Shown here: positions 1 through 13,989 of the stretch, piece after piece | Position numbering within the stretch: position 1 is the stretch's first letter | Layout: every line of letters starts with the position of its first letter | Origin: Eledone cirrhosa | Lineage: Eukaryota | Reading direction: 5' to 3' | Assembly: GCA_964016885.1 (NCBI GenBank) | Contig: OZ024755.1 | Span: 42,408,001 to 42,472,000 of the forward strand | Length of the DNA: 64,000 nt | Position numbers and translations under genes: made by a program | The notes under the pieces: generated by a model | Databases searched by the model: none | What the model was told of the DNA's origin: nothing | Seen by the model: the letters and a program-made list of their open reading frames with translations, nothing else

Positions 1-585
1 AAATTTCAGGTCTGTTTGGGAACGGAGTTCAAAATTGACCAATGAAAATACAAAAAGTTTTATGCAGTTTGGTGTGTGTATATACATGTAACTAACCCCG
101 TACACATATTTATACAAAGATATATGCTCAACATGCATACGCATGCCAAAAAGATGTATGCAAATACAAAAAATTTAAGGCTAATGTCTCTGTAAGTTTA
201 TAATCCACAGATAAAATGCGTATAGACACATAAATATGAAATAAGTGTATACACATATTCTCATACTCACACATATCCATACACTCACACACACGCGCGC
301 GTATATGCATAAACATACACATAATTACGAACATACATACACACACACACCCCCACACACATATATATGTGGATATAATATTATCATAAGCACATGGATA
401 TTAATTCACTCACATAAACACTGCCACACACATCTAGATCAAGATACAGAAATTAGGTGGGAGGGGGGGAGAGGTCAGTATTCAACTGTTTGGGCAGACT
501 GCTTATTTATAGATGTATCTATAAACTTCGAAATAAAAAGAAAAGAAAAGAAAAAGAAAAAAGAAGAAAGAAGAAATATATCAAG

Positions 586-587
<2 letters not shown>

Positions 588-650
<63 letters not shown>

Positions 651-715
651 CTACACATACAACACACACACACACACATATATAAACATATACATATATA
701 TATATACACACATAT

Positions 716-756
<41 letters not shown>

Positions 757-1131
757 TACACATATATACACACACACATATATAGACACGCATATATATA
801 CACATACACGCACATATACATACACATACATACTTATATACATACAGACATACACATACATACATATATATACACACATATACATACAGACATACATACA
901 TACATACACACATACACACATACATACATACACATACATACTCATACATAGACATAGATATATATTCACCCACACATACGTACTTATATATACGCATATA
1001 TACAAATACTTACGCATCCATATATCGGTATATACATACAAAACACCACTACACTCTCACACAACTCAGACATACAAAGAAAAAGGTATATACATATACA
1101 CATATACACATACAAATAGAGATACATATAC

Positions 1132-1164
<33 letters not shown>

Positions 1165-1925
1165 CATACATATATACAAATACATACGCATCCATATATG
1201 CGTATATACATACAAACACCACTACACTCTCACACAACTCAGACATACAAAGAAAAAGGTATATACATATACATATATACACACATTAATAGAGATACAT
1301 ATACACATATATATATATATATACACATACATTTATATATATACCCACACACACATACAACCATAAACACACATACAAACACATACATACACACATATAT
1401 ATACATATATATACACACACACAAAAACACACATACACATATATATTTTTACACATACATATACATATATATACATATACACACCTCCACATATATACAT
1501 ATACACATAAGTTATATTATAATAATAAATAATATATATATATACACATACGAAAATATACATACACACATAGATATACATATTTATATACACACACACA
1601 CACACACACTCACATATATATGTGCGCACACGTACATATATACACATACACACATATACACATAAACATATACATGTGCATACATGTACATACACACATA
1701 TACCCACATAGATACGAAGATAGACATATATATAGAGAGACATACATATACATACACATATATACATAGACATACATACACACATATATATACACACAAC
1801 ATACACGCCCACACATATATACACATATACACACATATATATATATATATACACATATATATATACACATGCATATATACACATATATATATATACATAT
1901 ATATATACACACAATCATACATTCT
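588..1925. repeat. Compound (TA)n/(CA)n/(TACA)n microsatellite inside the PLE 3' region, with a ~175-bp internal tandem duplication (~1010-1300); mirrored at ~6620-7947
   Basis: Direct reading; ACACCACTACACTCTCACACAACTCAGACATACAAAGAAAAA occurs at ~1043 and ~1216. Confidence 0.9.
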
Positions 1926-3121
1926 TATTTGCATGCGCATATATGTATTTTATACTCAGATATAAACACCCAAACATATATACACCTACCTACATATATA
2001 TTCTTACATACACGCTTACAAACACAGATGATAATAGTATGGGGGAAAGGGGGGGTGGAGAAGGGGATTATAGTAAATATATGTTTCAAGAAACATAGAA
2101 TATTAATCTGTATTTGGATCTCAATATATGTTTTTACATAGTTTCAGTGTTAGGAAATGCAAGAAATAAGGCAAAATTATGCATTTCAAAATAAGTATAC
2201 CATTAATTATATGTTAACTAAACTAAAGAAAGTTAACATATTGATTTCTAAGGTGTAAATTAGTTAGGTTTATAATATTTGAAGCAGAATTTTGAAGTTA
2301 AATAGTAGTAGAGTATTAATTATAGTATAACTAAATTAAAGTTATTAACGTTATGGTATCAATATTAGGAAATGAATTTAGTAATAGGGAAAAAACAAAT
2401 AAAGTATTACATCGGTAGTAGAATATAAATTATAGGTTAACTAAATTAAAAATTATATATTAATTTCTATAGTATATGTTAATTAGGTATATAATAAATA
2501 AAACAGATATTGTATTTTATCAATAGCAGAATATAATTATATGCAAATAGAAATCAAAATTAATACATATACATATACATATACATACACATATATATAT
2601 ATATATATACACATATACATACATACATACACATACATATACATACATACATATACATATTTTTTCAAAAATTGCAAAGAATATATTAACTAGGTATACA
2701 TCCAAAACACATCCCATTCTATGATTACATGACACTCTGCAATCCGTCTGTATTAGGATACTAATTTTAAGCCAATTAAATTAATTTTTTAGGTTGACTA
2801 AATTTAAAACCAAATTATAAATATATTTCTAAAATGTATATTAATTAGGTCTATAATACTAAAAATTATTTCTCTGTCATTGGATACACGATATTTTGTT
2901 ATATTTTATCTGTAAAGGAATTTTAATAAAGGGTTAAATAAATTAAAATTAATCTATAAATTAAATTACTAAGTATATATTAGTAATATTTAAAGGTTTT
3001 TCACAATTTATGATTACACAATATTTTATATTCTCATCTGTAGTAGAATTTTAATTAAATTAAATTTATAGGTTAACTAACATTTAAATTAAATTATATA
3101 TTAATTTCTAAAATAATGTTA

Positions 3122-4267
3122 TTAATTAGGTTTATAATATTTAAATGTTTTTTTTAGTTTATGATTACACGATATAATTAATTCCTGTCGTTTATTTAAT
3201 AGGATATCCTTAGATTTCATTATTTCAAATAGTTCTTGGGAACATAATCTACATTCATTTCTATTATTTTGATAAGGGGTGGCTCTTTTGAGCACACTCC
3301 AGGTCAAATCATATTCTATATTCTTATTTTTATAACTATTGATTTTTTCTGCTAGAGATGTTGTATTAGCCAGTGCGGCATTTTTAAAACTATGCTTGTG
3401 GGTATTAAACCTTGTCTTAAAATTGTTAGAAGTAGCTCCTATATATGAGCAAATAGAATCTTTAGTTTTAACATTACATTTATAGACTATGTTGTTAACA
3501 AGACAATTCCCTTTTAATGGGCAGTTTGCTTTGTTTCTACAGTTACAACCTTTCGTTAATTCTGTATTTGAGGAGATATTATGGTTAATTTGATGTATTG
3601 GTGGTATACTTATGGTTTTCTTACATTTATATGCATTATAGGCACTTATATTTTGTTTTATGTTATTTGTTGTTGAGTATGAGAATTTAACTGTAGACCT
3701 ATTTAAGATTTGATGGTATTTGTGGTTTGGCGGGAAGTTTTTTTCTAGGATATAAAAAATTTTTTTAGCAATATTATCCTTAATTTGTAAATTAAATGGA
3801 GCATTATACCAAGTAACCCGTCTATTACGGTTTCTATGTTGTTTTTTATTTTTATTATTTTTATAGGTTGTATCGTGATTTTTACTAGGAGGATTAATGT
3901 TAATGATCTCACCACAACCATTTTTAGTTATATTTGTAGATTTAGGTGTTTTATCTTTTTTATTAGGAGTTTTATTATTAATATTTATTAGAGTTGTATG
4001 ATGAGTAGTTTTTTGAGAGTTACTATATTTTATATTAGAAGATTTGGTATTTTGGGGTATAGTGTGGGTGGCATTTAGGTGTGTACTTTTCATTTGGTGT
4101 TTGTTGGTAATATTAGGTTGTATGCTTTTAGTATTTTTAGTAGAAGGTATATATTCTAATCTATTTTTGTGGCCACTTCTATCTAGAGCTTCGTTATAGA
4201 AGGTCGCATTTTTATCAAATACATCTTGGTTAGAAGAAAGGTTAGAAATTCTAAGTGATATATTATA
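3122..4267 (-). CDS. Mirror copy of the Penelope-like GIY-YIG ORF fragment (annotated Met at 4093)
   Basis: 323-aa ORF identical to the + copy except three residues (SKNHD/SKHHD, NKNKKQ/NKNNKQ, KKIFY/KKFFY). Confidence 0.88.
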   Translation of the reverse strand, partial: YNISLRISNLSSNQDVFDKNATFYNEALDRSGHKNRLEYIPSTKNTKSIQPNITNKHQMKSTHLNATHTIPQNTKSSNIKYSNSQKTTHHTTLININNKTPNKKDKTPKSTNITKNGCGEIININPPSKNHDTTYKNNKNKKQHRNRNRRVTWYNAPFNLQIKDNIAKKIFYILEKNFPPNHKYHQILNRSTVKFSYSTTNNIKQNISAYNAYKCKKTISIPPIHQINHNISSNTELTKGCNCRNKANCPLKGNCLVNNIVYKCNVKTKDSICSYIGATSNNFKTRFNTHKHSFKNAALANTTSLAEKINSYKNKNIEYDLTWSVLKRATPYQNNRNECRLCSQELFEIMKSKDILLNKRQELIISCNHKLKKTFKYYKPN

Positions 4268-4274
4268 CCTTGCA

Positions 4275-5420
4275 TATAATATATCACTTAGAATTTCTAA
4301 CCTTTCTTCTAACCAAGATGTATTTGATAAAAATGCGACCTTCTATAACGAAGCTCTAGATAGAAGTGGCCACAAAAATAGATTAGAATATATACCTTCT
4401 ACTAAAAATACTAAAAGCATACAACCTAATATTACCAACAAACACCAAATGAAAAGTACACACCTAAATGCCACCCACACTATACCCCAAAATACCAAAT
4501 CTTCTAATATAAAATATAGTAACTCTCAAAAAACTACTCATCATACAACTCTAATAAATATTAATAATAAAACTCCTAATAAAAAAGATAAAACACCTAA
4601 ATCTACAAATATAACTAAAAATGGTTGTGGTGAGATCATTAACATTAATCCTCCTAGTAAACATCACGATACAACCTATAAAAATAATAAAAATAATAAA
4701 CAACATAGAAACCGTAATAGACGGGTTACTTGGTATAATGCTCCATTTAATTTACAAATTAAGGATAATATTGCTAAAAAATTTTTTTATATCCTAGAAA
4801 AAAACTTCCCGCCAAACCACAAATACCATCAAATCTTAAATAGGTCTACAGTTAAATTCTCATACTCAACAACAAATAACATAAAACAAAATATAAGTGC
4901 CTATAATGCATATAAATGTAAGAAAACCATAAGTATACCACCAATACATCAAATTAACCATAATATCTCCTCAAATACAGAATTAACGAAAGGTTGTAAC
5001 TGTAGAAACAAAGCAAACTGCCCATTAAAAGGGAATTGTCTTGTTAACAACATAGTCTATAAATGTAATGTTAAAACTAAAGATTCTATTTGCTCATATA
5101 TAGGAGCTACTTCTAACAATTTTAAGACAAGGTTTAATACCCACAAGCATAGTTTTAAAAATGCCGCACTGGCTAATACAACATCTCTAGCAGAAAAAAT
5201 CAATAGTTATAAAAATAAGAATATAGAATATGATTTGACCTGGAGTGTGCTCAAAAGAGCCACCCCTTATCAAAATAATAGAAATGAATGTAGATTATGT
5301 TCCCAAGAACTATTTGAAATAATGAAATCTAAGGATATCCTATTAAATAAACGACAGGAATTAATTATATCGTGTAATCATAAACTAAAAAAAACATTTA
5401 AATATTATAAACCTAATTAA
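4275..5420 (+). CDS. C-terminal fragment of a Penelope-like RT/GIY-YIG endonuclease polyprotein (annotated Met at 4449; frame is open back to the palindrome centre)
   Basis: In frame from 4275: YNISLRISNLSSNQDVFDKNATFYNEALDRSGH (PLE RT thumb-like); RNRRVTWYNAPF; CNCRNKANCPLKGNC (CxCx5Cx5C); NIVYKC...YIGAT...FKTRFNTH (GIY-YIG); CRLC..E; LLNKRQE..SCNH. Confidence 0.88.
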   Translation, partial: YNISLRISNLSSNQDVFDKNATFYNEALDRSGHKNRLEYIPSTKNTKSIQPNITNKHQMKSTHLNATHTIPQNTKSSNIKYSNSQKTTHHTTLININNKTPNKKDKTPKSTNITKNGCGEIININPPSKHHDTTYKNNKNNKQHRNRNRRVTWYNAPFNLQIKDNIAKKFFYILEKNFPPNHKYHQILNRSTVKFSYSTTNNIKQNISAYNAYKCKKTISIPPIHQINHNISSNTELTKGCNCRNKANCPLKGNCLVNNIVYKCNVKTKDSICSYIGATSNNFKTRFNTHKHSFKNAALANTTSLAEKINSYKNKNIEYDLTWSVLKRATPYQNNRNECRLCSQELFEIMKSKDILLNKRQELIISCNHKLKKTFKYYKPN

Positions 5421-5922
5421 TAACATTATTTTAGAAATTAATATATAATTTAATTTAAATGTTAGTTAACCTATAAATTTAATTTAATTAAAATTCTACT
5501 ACAGATGAGAATATAAAATATTGTGTAATCATAAATTGTGAAAAACCTTTAAATATTACTAATATATACTTAGTAATTTAATTTATAGATTAATTTTAAT
5601 TTATTTAACCCTTTATTAAAATTCCTTTACAGATAAAATATAACAAAATATCGTGTATCCAATGACAGAGAAATAATTTTTAGTATTATAGACCTAATTA
5701 ATATACATTTTAGAAATATATTTATAATTTGGTTTTAAATTTAGTCAACCTAAAAATTTAATTTAATTGGCTTAAAATTAGTATCCTAATACAGACGGAT
5801 TGCAGAGTGTCATGTAATCATAGAATGGGATGTGTTTTGGATGTATACCTAGTTAATATATTCTTTGCAATTTTTGAAAAAATATGTATATGTATGTATG
5901 TATATGTATGTGTATGTATGTA

Positions 5923-5953
<31 letters not shown>

Positions 5954-5956
5954 GTG

Positions 5957-5987
<31 letters not shown>

Positions 5988-6340
5988 TAATTTTGATTTC
6001 TATTTGCATATAATTATATTCTGCTATTGATAAAATACAATATCTGTTTTATTTATTATATACCTAATTAACATATACTATAGAAATTAATATATAATTT
6101 TTAATTTAGTTAACCTATAATTTATATTCTACTACCGATGTAATACTTTATTTGTTTTTTCCCTATTACTAAATTCATTTCCTAATATTGATACCATAAC
6201 GTTAATAACTTTAATTTAGTTATACTATAATTAATACTCTACTACTATTTAACTTCAAAATTCTGCTTCAAATATTATAAACCTAACTAATTTACACCTT
6301 AGAAATCAATATGTTAACTTTCTTTAGTTTAGTTAACATA
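5365..6340 (+). repeat. Degenerate AT-rich tandem reiterations of the ORF 3' end in the PLE 3' UTR (mirror ~2200-3180)
   Basis: GTGTAATCATAAA-like motif at ~5372, 5523, 5653, 5813; TTATAnACCTAATTAA...TAGAAAT-like motif at ~5405, 5686, 6056, 6275. Confidence 0.65.
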
Positions 6341-7390
6341 TAATTAATGGTATACTTATTTTGAAATGCATAATTTTGCCTTATTTCTTGCATTTCCTAA
6401 CACTGAAACTATGTAAAAACATATATTGAGATCCAAATACAGATTAATATTCTATGTTTCTTGAAACATATATTTACTATAATCCCCTTCTCCACCCCCC
6501 TTTCCCCCATACTATTATCATCTGTGTTTGTAAGCGTGTATGTAAGAATATATATGTAGGTAGGTGTATATATGTTTGGGTGTTTATATCTGAATATAAA
6601 ATACATATATGCGCATGCAAATAAGAATGTATGATTGTGTGTATATATATATGTATATATATATATGTGTATATATGCATGTGTATATATATGTACATAT
6701 ATATATATATATGTGTGTATATGTGTATATATGTGTGGGCGTGTATGTTGTGTGTATATATATATATATATGTGTGTATGTATGTCTATGTATATATGTG
6801 TATGTATATGTATGTCTCTCTATATATATGTCTATCTTCGTATCTATGTGGGTATATGTGTGTATGTACATGTATGCACATGTATATGTTTATGTGTATA
6901 TGTGTGTATGTGTATATATGTACGTGTGCGCACATATATATGTGAGTGTGTGTGTGTGTGTGTATATAAAAATATGTATATCTATGTGTGTATGTATATT
7001 TTCGTATGTGTATATATATATATTATTTATTATTATAATATAACTTATGTGTATATGTATATATGTGGAGGTGTGTATATGTATATATATGTATATGTAT
7101 GTGTAAAAATATATATGTGTATGTGTGTTTTTGTGTGTGTGTATATATATGTATATATATGTGTGTATGTATGTGTTTGTATGTGTGTTTATGGTTGTAT
7201 GTGTGTGTGGGTATATATATAAATGTATGTGTATATATATATATATATGTGTATATGTATCTCTATTAATGTGTGTATATATGTATATGTATATACCTTT
7301 TTCTTTGTATGTCTGAGTTGTGTGAGAGTGTAGTGGTGTTTGTATGTATATACGCATATATGGATGCGTATGTATTTGTATATATGTATG

Positions 7391-7423
<33 letters not shown>

Positions 7424-7800
7424 GTATATGTATCTCTATTTGTATGTGTATATGTGTATATGTATATACCTTTTTCTTTGTATGTCTGAGTTGTGTGAGA
7501 GTGTAGTGGTGTTTTGTATGTATATACCGATATATGGATGCGTAAGTATTTGTATATATGCGTATATATAAGTACGTATGTGTGGGTGAATATATATCTA
7601 TGTCTATGTATGAGTATGTATGTGTATATGTATGTATGTGTGTATGTGTGTATGTATGTATGTATGTCTGTATGTATATGTGTGTATATATATGTATGTA
7701 TGTGTATGTCTGTATGTATATAAGTATGTATGTGTATGTATATGTGCGTGTATGTGTATATATATGCGTGTCTATATATGTGTGTGTGTATATATGTGTA

Positions 7801-7841
<41 letters not shown>

Positions 7842-7915
7842 ATATGTGTGTATATATATATATGTATATGTTTATATATGTGTGTGTGTGTGTGTTGTAT
7901 GTGTAGATGTGTGTA

Positions 7916-7947
<32 letters not shown>

Positions 7948-7948
<1 letters not shown>

Positions 7949-8667
7949 TAACTACTTTTCCCATCTTGACGTTATAGTCGCATATATGTTATAGAATGCC
8001 GTTAGCTTCTTGCTAAAACAATCTCTATACGTCTCATTTATATTTATACTCGGATTCTTTTCCTAGAGTGCTTAAACTATCTGTGACTAATCCCGGTTTT
8101 TTTTTTCATAAAAACTGTGATAATTATTGCTATTTTGCTGAACTCCTTGTAGAGTTTTTTTCAGAATGTATTTGACTGCTATTTCTTGTAAATAAACATT
8201 CACTTCCATCCTGACGTCACTAGCCCCGTTTTTTCCTCATGTGCTTTTTCATAAATACACATGAAGGCGAACTAGCCAGTTTTAGAATTCCCTTTTTCGG
8301 ACTATATTACTGTGAGAGCCCTGGTTTTCTGTTGAGCTCTGCTGATGAATGATATTCCAACCGTGACCATCTCCACTGAAAGTTTTCATGAAATAGTCTT
8401 TTAAGACTATACAGAGCATTTGATGTTATTCCAAATTGAAGGATAAGTGTTTCAAACTTTGTTTTATCATGAGTTAAAGGTCTATAGATTTTTCCATGGA
8501 TTTTACTAAATTCTGTGGATGAATTTGTATCCTGATTCTCTTTTGAGATGAGTTTGAGTTATTTTTCCTAAATCTTTCGTTAACTACTTTTCCCATCTTG
8601 ACGTTATAGTCGCATATATGTTATAGAATGCCGTTAGCTTCTTGCTAAAACAATCTCTATACGTCTC

Positions 8668-8675
<8 letters not shown>
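7948..8675 (+). mobile_element. Non-autonomous retrozyme-like element: 632-bp unit plus ~95-bp terminal direct repeat, containing a type I HHR, inserted in (TA)n
   Basis: TTAACTACTTTTCCCATCTTGACG...GTCTCATTTATAT at 7948-8043 and again at 8580-8675; no ORF; absent from the equivalent (TA)n tract (588-642) of the left arm. Confidence 0.82.
8336..8417 (+). ncRNA. Type I hammerhead ribozyme
   Basis: Stem I GCTCTG/CAGAGC; core CTGATGA (8342-8348); stem II ATGA/TCAT with a 33-nt loop; GAAA (8390-8393); stem III TAGTCTT-tt-AAGACTA; cleavage triplet AUA (cut after 8411). Confidence 0.9.
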
Positions 8676-8706
<31 letters not shown>

Positions 8707-9317
8707 CTTGATATATTTCTTCTTTCTTCTTTTTTCTTTTTCTTTTCTTTTCTTTTTATTTCGAAGTTTATAGATACATCTATAAATAAGCAGTCTGCCC
8801 AAACAGTTGAATACTGACCTCTCCCCCCCCCACCTAATTTCTGTATCTTGATCTAGATGTGTGTGGCAGTGTTTATGTGAGTGAATTAATATCCATGTGC
8901 TTATGATAATATTATATCCACATATATATGTGTGTGGGGTGTGTGTGTGTATGTATGTTCGTAATTATGTGTATGTTTATGCATATACGCACGCGTGTGT
9001 GTGAGTGTATGGATATGTGTGAGTATGAGAATATGTGTATACACTTATTTCATATTTATGTGTCTATACGCATTTTATCTGTGGATTATAAACTTACAGA
9101 GACATTAGCCTTAAATTTTTTGTATTTGCATACATATTTTTGGCATGCGTATGCATGTTGAGCATATATCTTTGTATAAATATGTGTACGGGGTTAGTTA
9201 CATGTATATACACACACCAAACTGCATAAAACTTTTTGTATTTTCATTGGTCAATTTTGAACTCCGTTCCCAAACAGACCTGAAATTTTGAATTGTTGTT
9301 ATTATCAATAAATATAT

Positions 9318-9472
9318 TTCATTATTTCTGAAGACGGCATATATGTGTGTTTGGTATGTATATTTAATCTTGATAGTTTGTATAATTTTGTATAATTTTG
9401 TACATAGATCTGTTGAATGTGCATGCCAATTCTAACACATATATATCCTAGAAACGATCGTTAAATAATGAA
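9318..9472 (+). ncRNA. Type I hammerhead ribozyme with greatly extended stem II (PLE pLTR)
   Basis: Stem I TTCATTATTT/AAATAATGAA (10 bp); core CTGAAGA (9328-9334); stem II GG.ATATATGTGTGTT/AACACATATATAT.CC continued by TGGTATGTA/TGCATGCCA; GAAA (9451-9454); palindromic stem III AACGATCGTT; GUU cleavage triplet. Confidence 0.82.
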
Positions 9473-9669
9473 CTTTTTTTGTTTAATATAAGGAACTGTT
9501 TCATTGTTTTATTCATTATTTGTTTAATATTTTATCTTGACTCTGTATTCCGTTTATCTTTCACCGAAAGTGATTTTTCATTACATCTCTTCTTTCCATG
9601 ATATCCGGAATACATTGAGTTCTTCATACGGATTGGACACTACCGTAAACTCTTGGTAGATTTATCTAC

Positions 9670-10014
9670 ATATATATGTATATATATATATATGTATATA
9701 TATATATGTATATATATGTATATATATATATATATGTATATATATGTATATATGTATATATGTATATATGTATATATATGTATATATGTATATATATGTA
9801 TATATGTATATATATGTATATATGTATATATGTATATATGTATATATATATATATATGTATATATGTATATATATATATAAATGTATATATGTATATATA
9901 TATATATATGTATATATGTATATATATATATATATGTATATATGTATATATGTATATATATGTATATATGTATATATATGTATATATGTATATATGTATA
10001 TATATGTATATATG

Positions 10015-10046
<32 letters not shown>

Positions 10047-10084
10047 ATAGTATATATGTATATATATATATATATGTATATATG

Positions 10085-10141
<57 letters not shown>

Positions 10142-10142
10142 G

Positions 10143-10227
<85 letters not shown>

Positions 10228-10309
10228 GTATATATATATGTATATATATATATATATGTATATATGTATATATATGTATATATGTATATATATATATATA
10301 TGTATATAT
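9670..10309. repeat. (TA)n/(TATATG)n microsatellite
   Basis: Direct reading. Confidence 0.97.
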
Positions 10310-11155
10310 GTAAATATGATAATAATGGAGCTGCGGCGTTGCAAATGGGTTACATATAAAAAAGTGAGTCCTTCATCAGTGACCCTCCAACCGTCCTAGC
10401 ATTTCATCGCTTTAAGGGCCATATACCTCAGGTTGGTGCGAACAACGGCTAAAAAAAGTCGTTGGGACACGTAAATAAAGAGAACGTTAGGGTGAACAAA
10501 CAAAATGGTTTAAGCAACAGAAAGTGAGAGGAAAGAGACAAGTCCCAGATTTCTATGAATATAAACTCGATAAAATCGTGAACTAGAGAATAAAGACCAT
10601 CAGACCTGGTTGAAATGTGAGCAAGGAAGGAATTTCGCACAGGTCTAACGGGAGGAAGAAGAAGGGGTCTGGTCTGCGAATTCGGTAAACATAAGTTCTG
10701 TGAAGACGCAGACGAGAGAGAGAGAGAAAAAAAATTCATACCGGCTTGGCCAAGAGTGCGCGAGAAAAGAAATCGGACAGGTCAAGCGGGAAGAAAGAGG
10801 AGTGGAGGAGAGGTAGTGACAGGGTATGAGTGAGTGAAAGTTGAGGAAGAGGACAGAGAGAGAGACTGCTAGAAAGGGTAAAGATACAAAGAACGAAACA
10901 GACGGGTGGCAGCAGAGGAAAAAATATATGTGTAAATATGATAATAATGGAGCTGCGGCGTTGCAAATGGGTTACATATAAAAAAAGTGAGTCCTTCATC
11001 AGTGACCCTCCAACCGTCCTAGGCATTTCATCGCTTTAAGGGCCATATACCTCAGGTTGGTGCGAACAACGGCTAAAAAAAGTCGTTGGGACACGTAAAT
11101 AAAGAGAGCGTTAGGGTGAACAAACAAAATGGTTTAAGCAACAGAAAGTGAGAGG
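10310..11155. mobile_element. Non-coding element: ~622-bp unit with ~223-bp terminal direct repeats, inserted in (TA)n
   Basis: GTAAATATGATAATAATGGAGCTGCGGCG...CAGAAAGTGAGAGGA at 10310-10532 and 10932-11155 with only a few differences; purine-rich interior; no credible ORF. Confidence 0.75.
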
Positions 11156-13549
<2,394 letters not shown>

Positions 13550-13855
13550 TACGTTATTCCGGGTTGAATTGTCTGCAGAATTCCCTAGACCTTTGTCACT
13601 TAGTAGAACCTTAATGACTTTAGCTTTTAAAGAATCTCCCTTTTCTTTAATTCTATCGAGCATGACTGACCCCCCACTGATTTTATAGACATCTGTTAGC
13701 TTAAGAGAAACTTATTGACAAGGAATGGTATGCCATCCGGAACCTGTTTATAGAATTCTGTCTGCCTTTGTTAATTTAAAAACATAAATAAATATAAATA
13801 AAATTTAACTATAGCTTTGTAGAATTAGCTTTTAATGAATTCCCTTTTCTATCAA

Positions 13856-13917
13856 CCAATGACCTGCACCCATCCCACTCCCCACCCTCTCCTACCACTT
13901 GTAGAGACCTATAAATA
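13856..13917 (+). promoter_or_regulatory. Putative Pol II core promoter (CCAAT box + TATA box) upstream of the HHR
   Basis: AACCAATGA then TATAAATA ~50 bp downstream; motif match only. Confidence 0.4.
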
Positions 13918-13938
13918 CCATATTTATTTTTGATACCC

Positions 13939-13989
13939 AGATTCCTGATGATTTCTAATGAATGAAACAGTTCTAGTCCTGTAGAATCT
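13939..13989 (+). ncRNA. Compact type I hammerhead ribozyme
   Basis: Stem I AGATTC/GAATCT; core CTGATGA (13945-13951); short stem II TTC-taat-GAA with a U.U closing mismatch; GAAA (13964-13967); stem III CAG/CTG; GUA cleavage triplet (cut after 13983). Confidence 0.85.

Larger units (their letters stand above)
1..4267 (-). mobile_element. 5'-truncated Penelope-like retroelement, left-arm (inverted) copy; 3' end lies outside the window
   Basis: Reverse complement of the right-arm copy. Confidence 0.85.
1..9288. repeat. Large inverted repeat (foldback): left arm 1-4267 (runs off the window), 7-nt loop 4268-4274, right arm 4275-9288 (carries an extra insert at 7948-8675)
   Basis: CTAAGTGATATATTATA-ccttgca-TATAATATATCACTTAG at the centre; the mirrored ORFs 3122..4093(-) and 4449..5420(+) both give the coordinate sum 8542; window start AAATTTCAGGTCTGTTTGGG is the reverse complement of 9269-9288. 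Confidence 0.97.
4275..9669 (+). mobile_element. 5'-truncated Penelope-like retroelement (Naiad-like), right-arm copy: ORF remnant, ~4 kb microsatellite-rich 3' region, HHR, 3' tail
   Basis: ORF with RT thumb remnant and GIY-YIG, downstream same-strand hammerhead at 9318-9472, unique sequence ends at ~9669 where (TA)n resumes. The 3' boundary is approximate. Confidence 0.85.

Noticed and set aside
3122-5420. Divergent gene pair or homing endonuclease of an intron or organelle
   Set aside because: Both ORFs are mirror copies truncated at the palindrome centre, with a PLE RT-thumb remnant and a downstream HHR; no intron or organelle context.
4275-5900. Selenoprotein-type Naiad (UGA recoding, SECIS)
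   Set aside because: No in-frame TGA in the preserved ORF part, it ends in TAA, and I saw no convincing SECIS fold.
10360-10420. Hammerhead on the minus strand of the 223-bp repeat (GAAA...CUGAUGA)
   Set aside because: Could not form stems I-III around the core in any topology.
13550-13711. Minus-strand peptide [21 protein letters not shown]... as a host exon
   Set aside because: Short, bounded by an upstream stop, no recognisable family; better explained as part of the HHR-bearing fragment.
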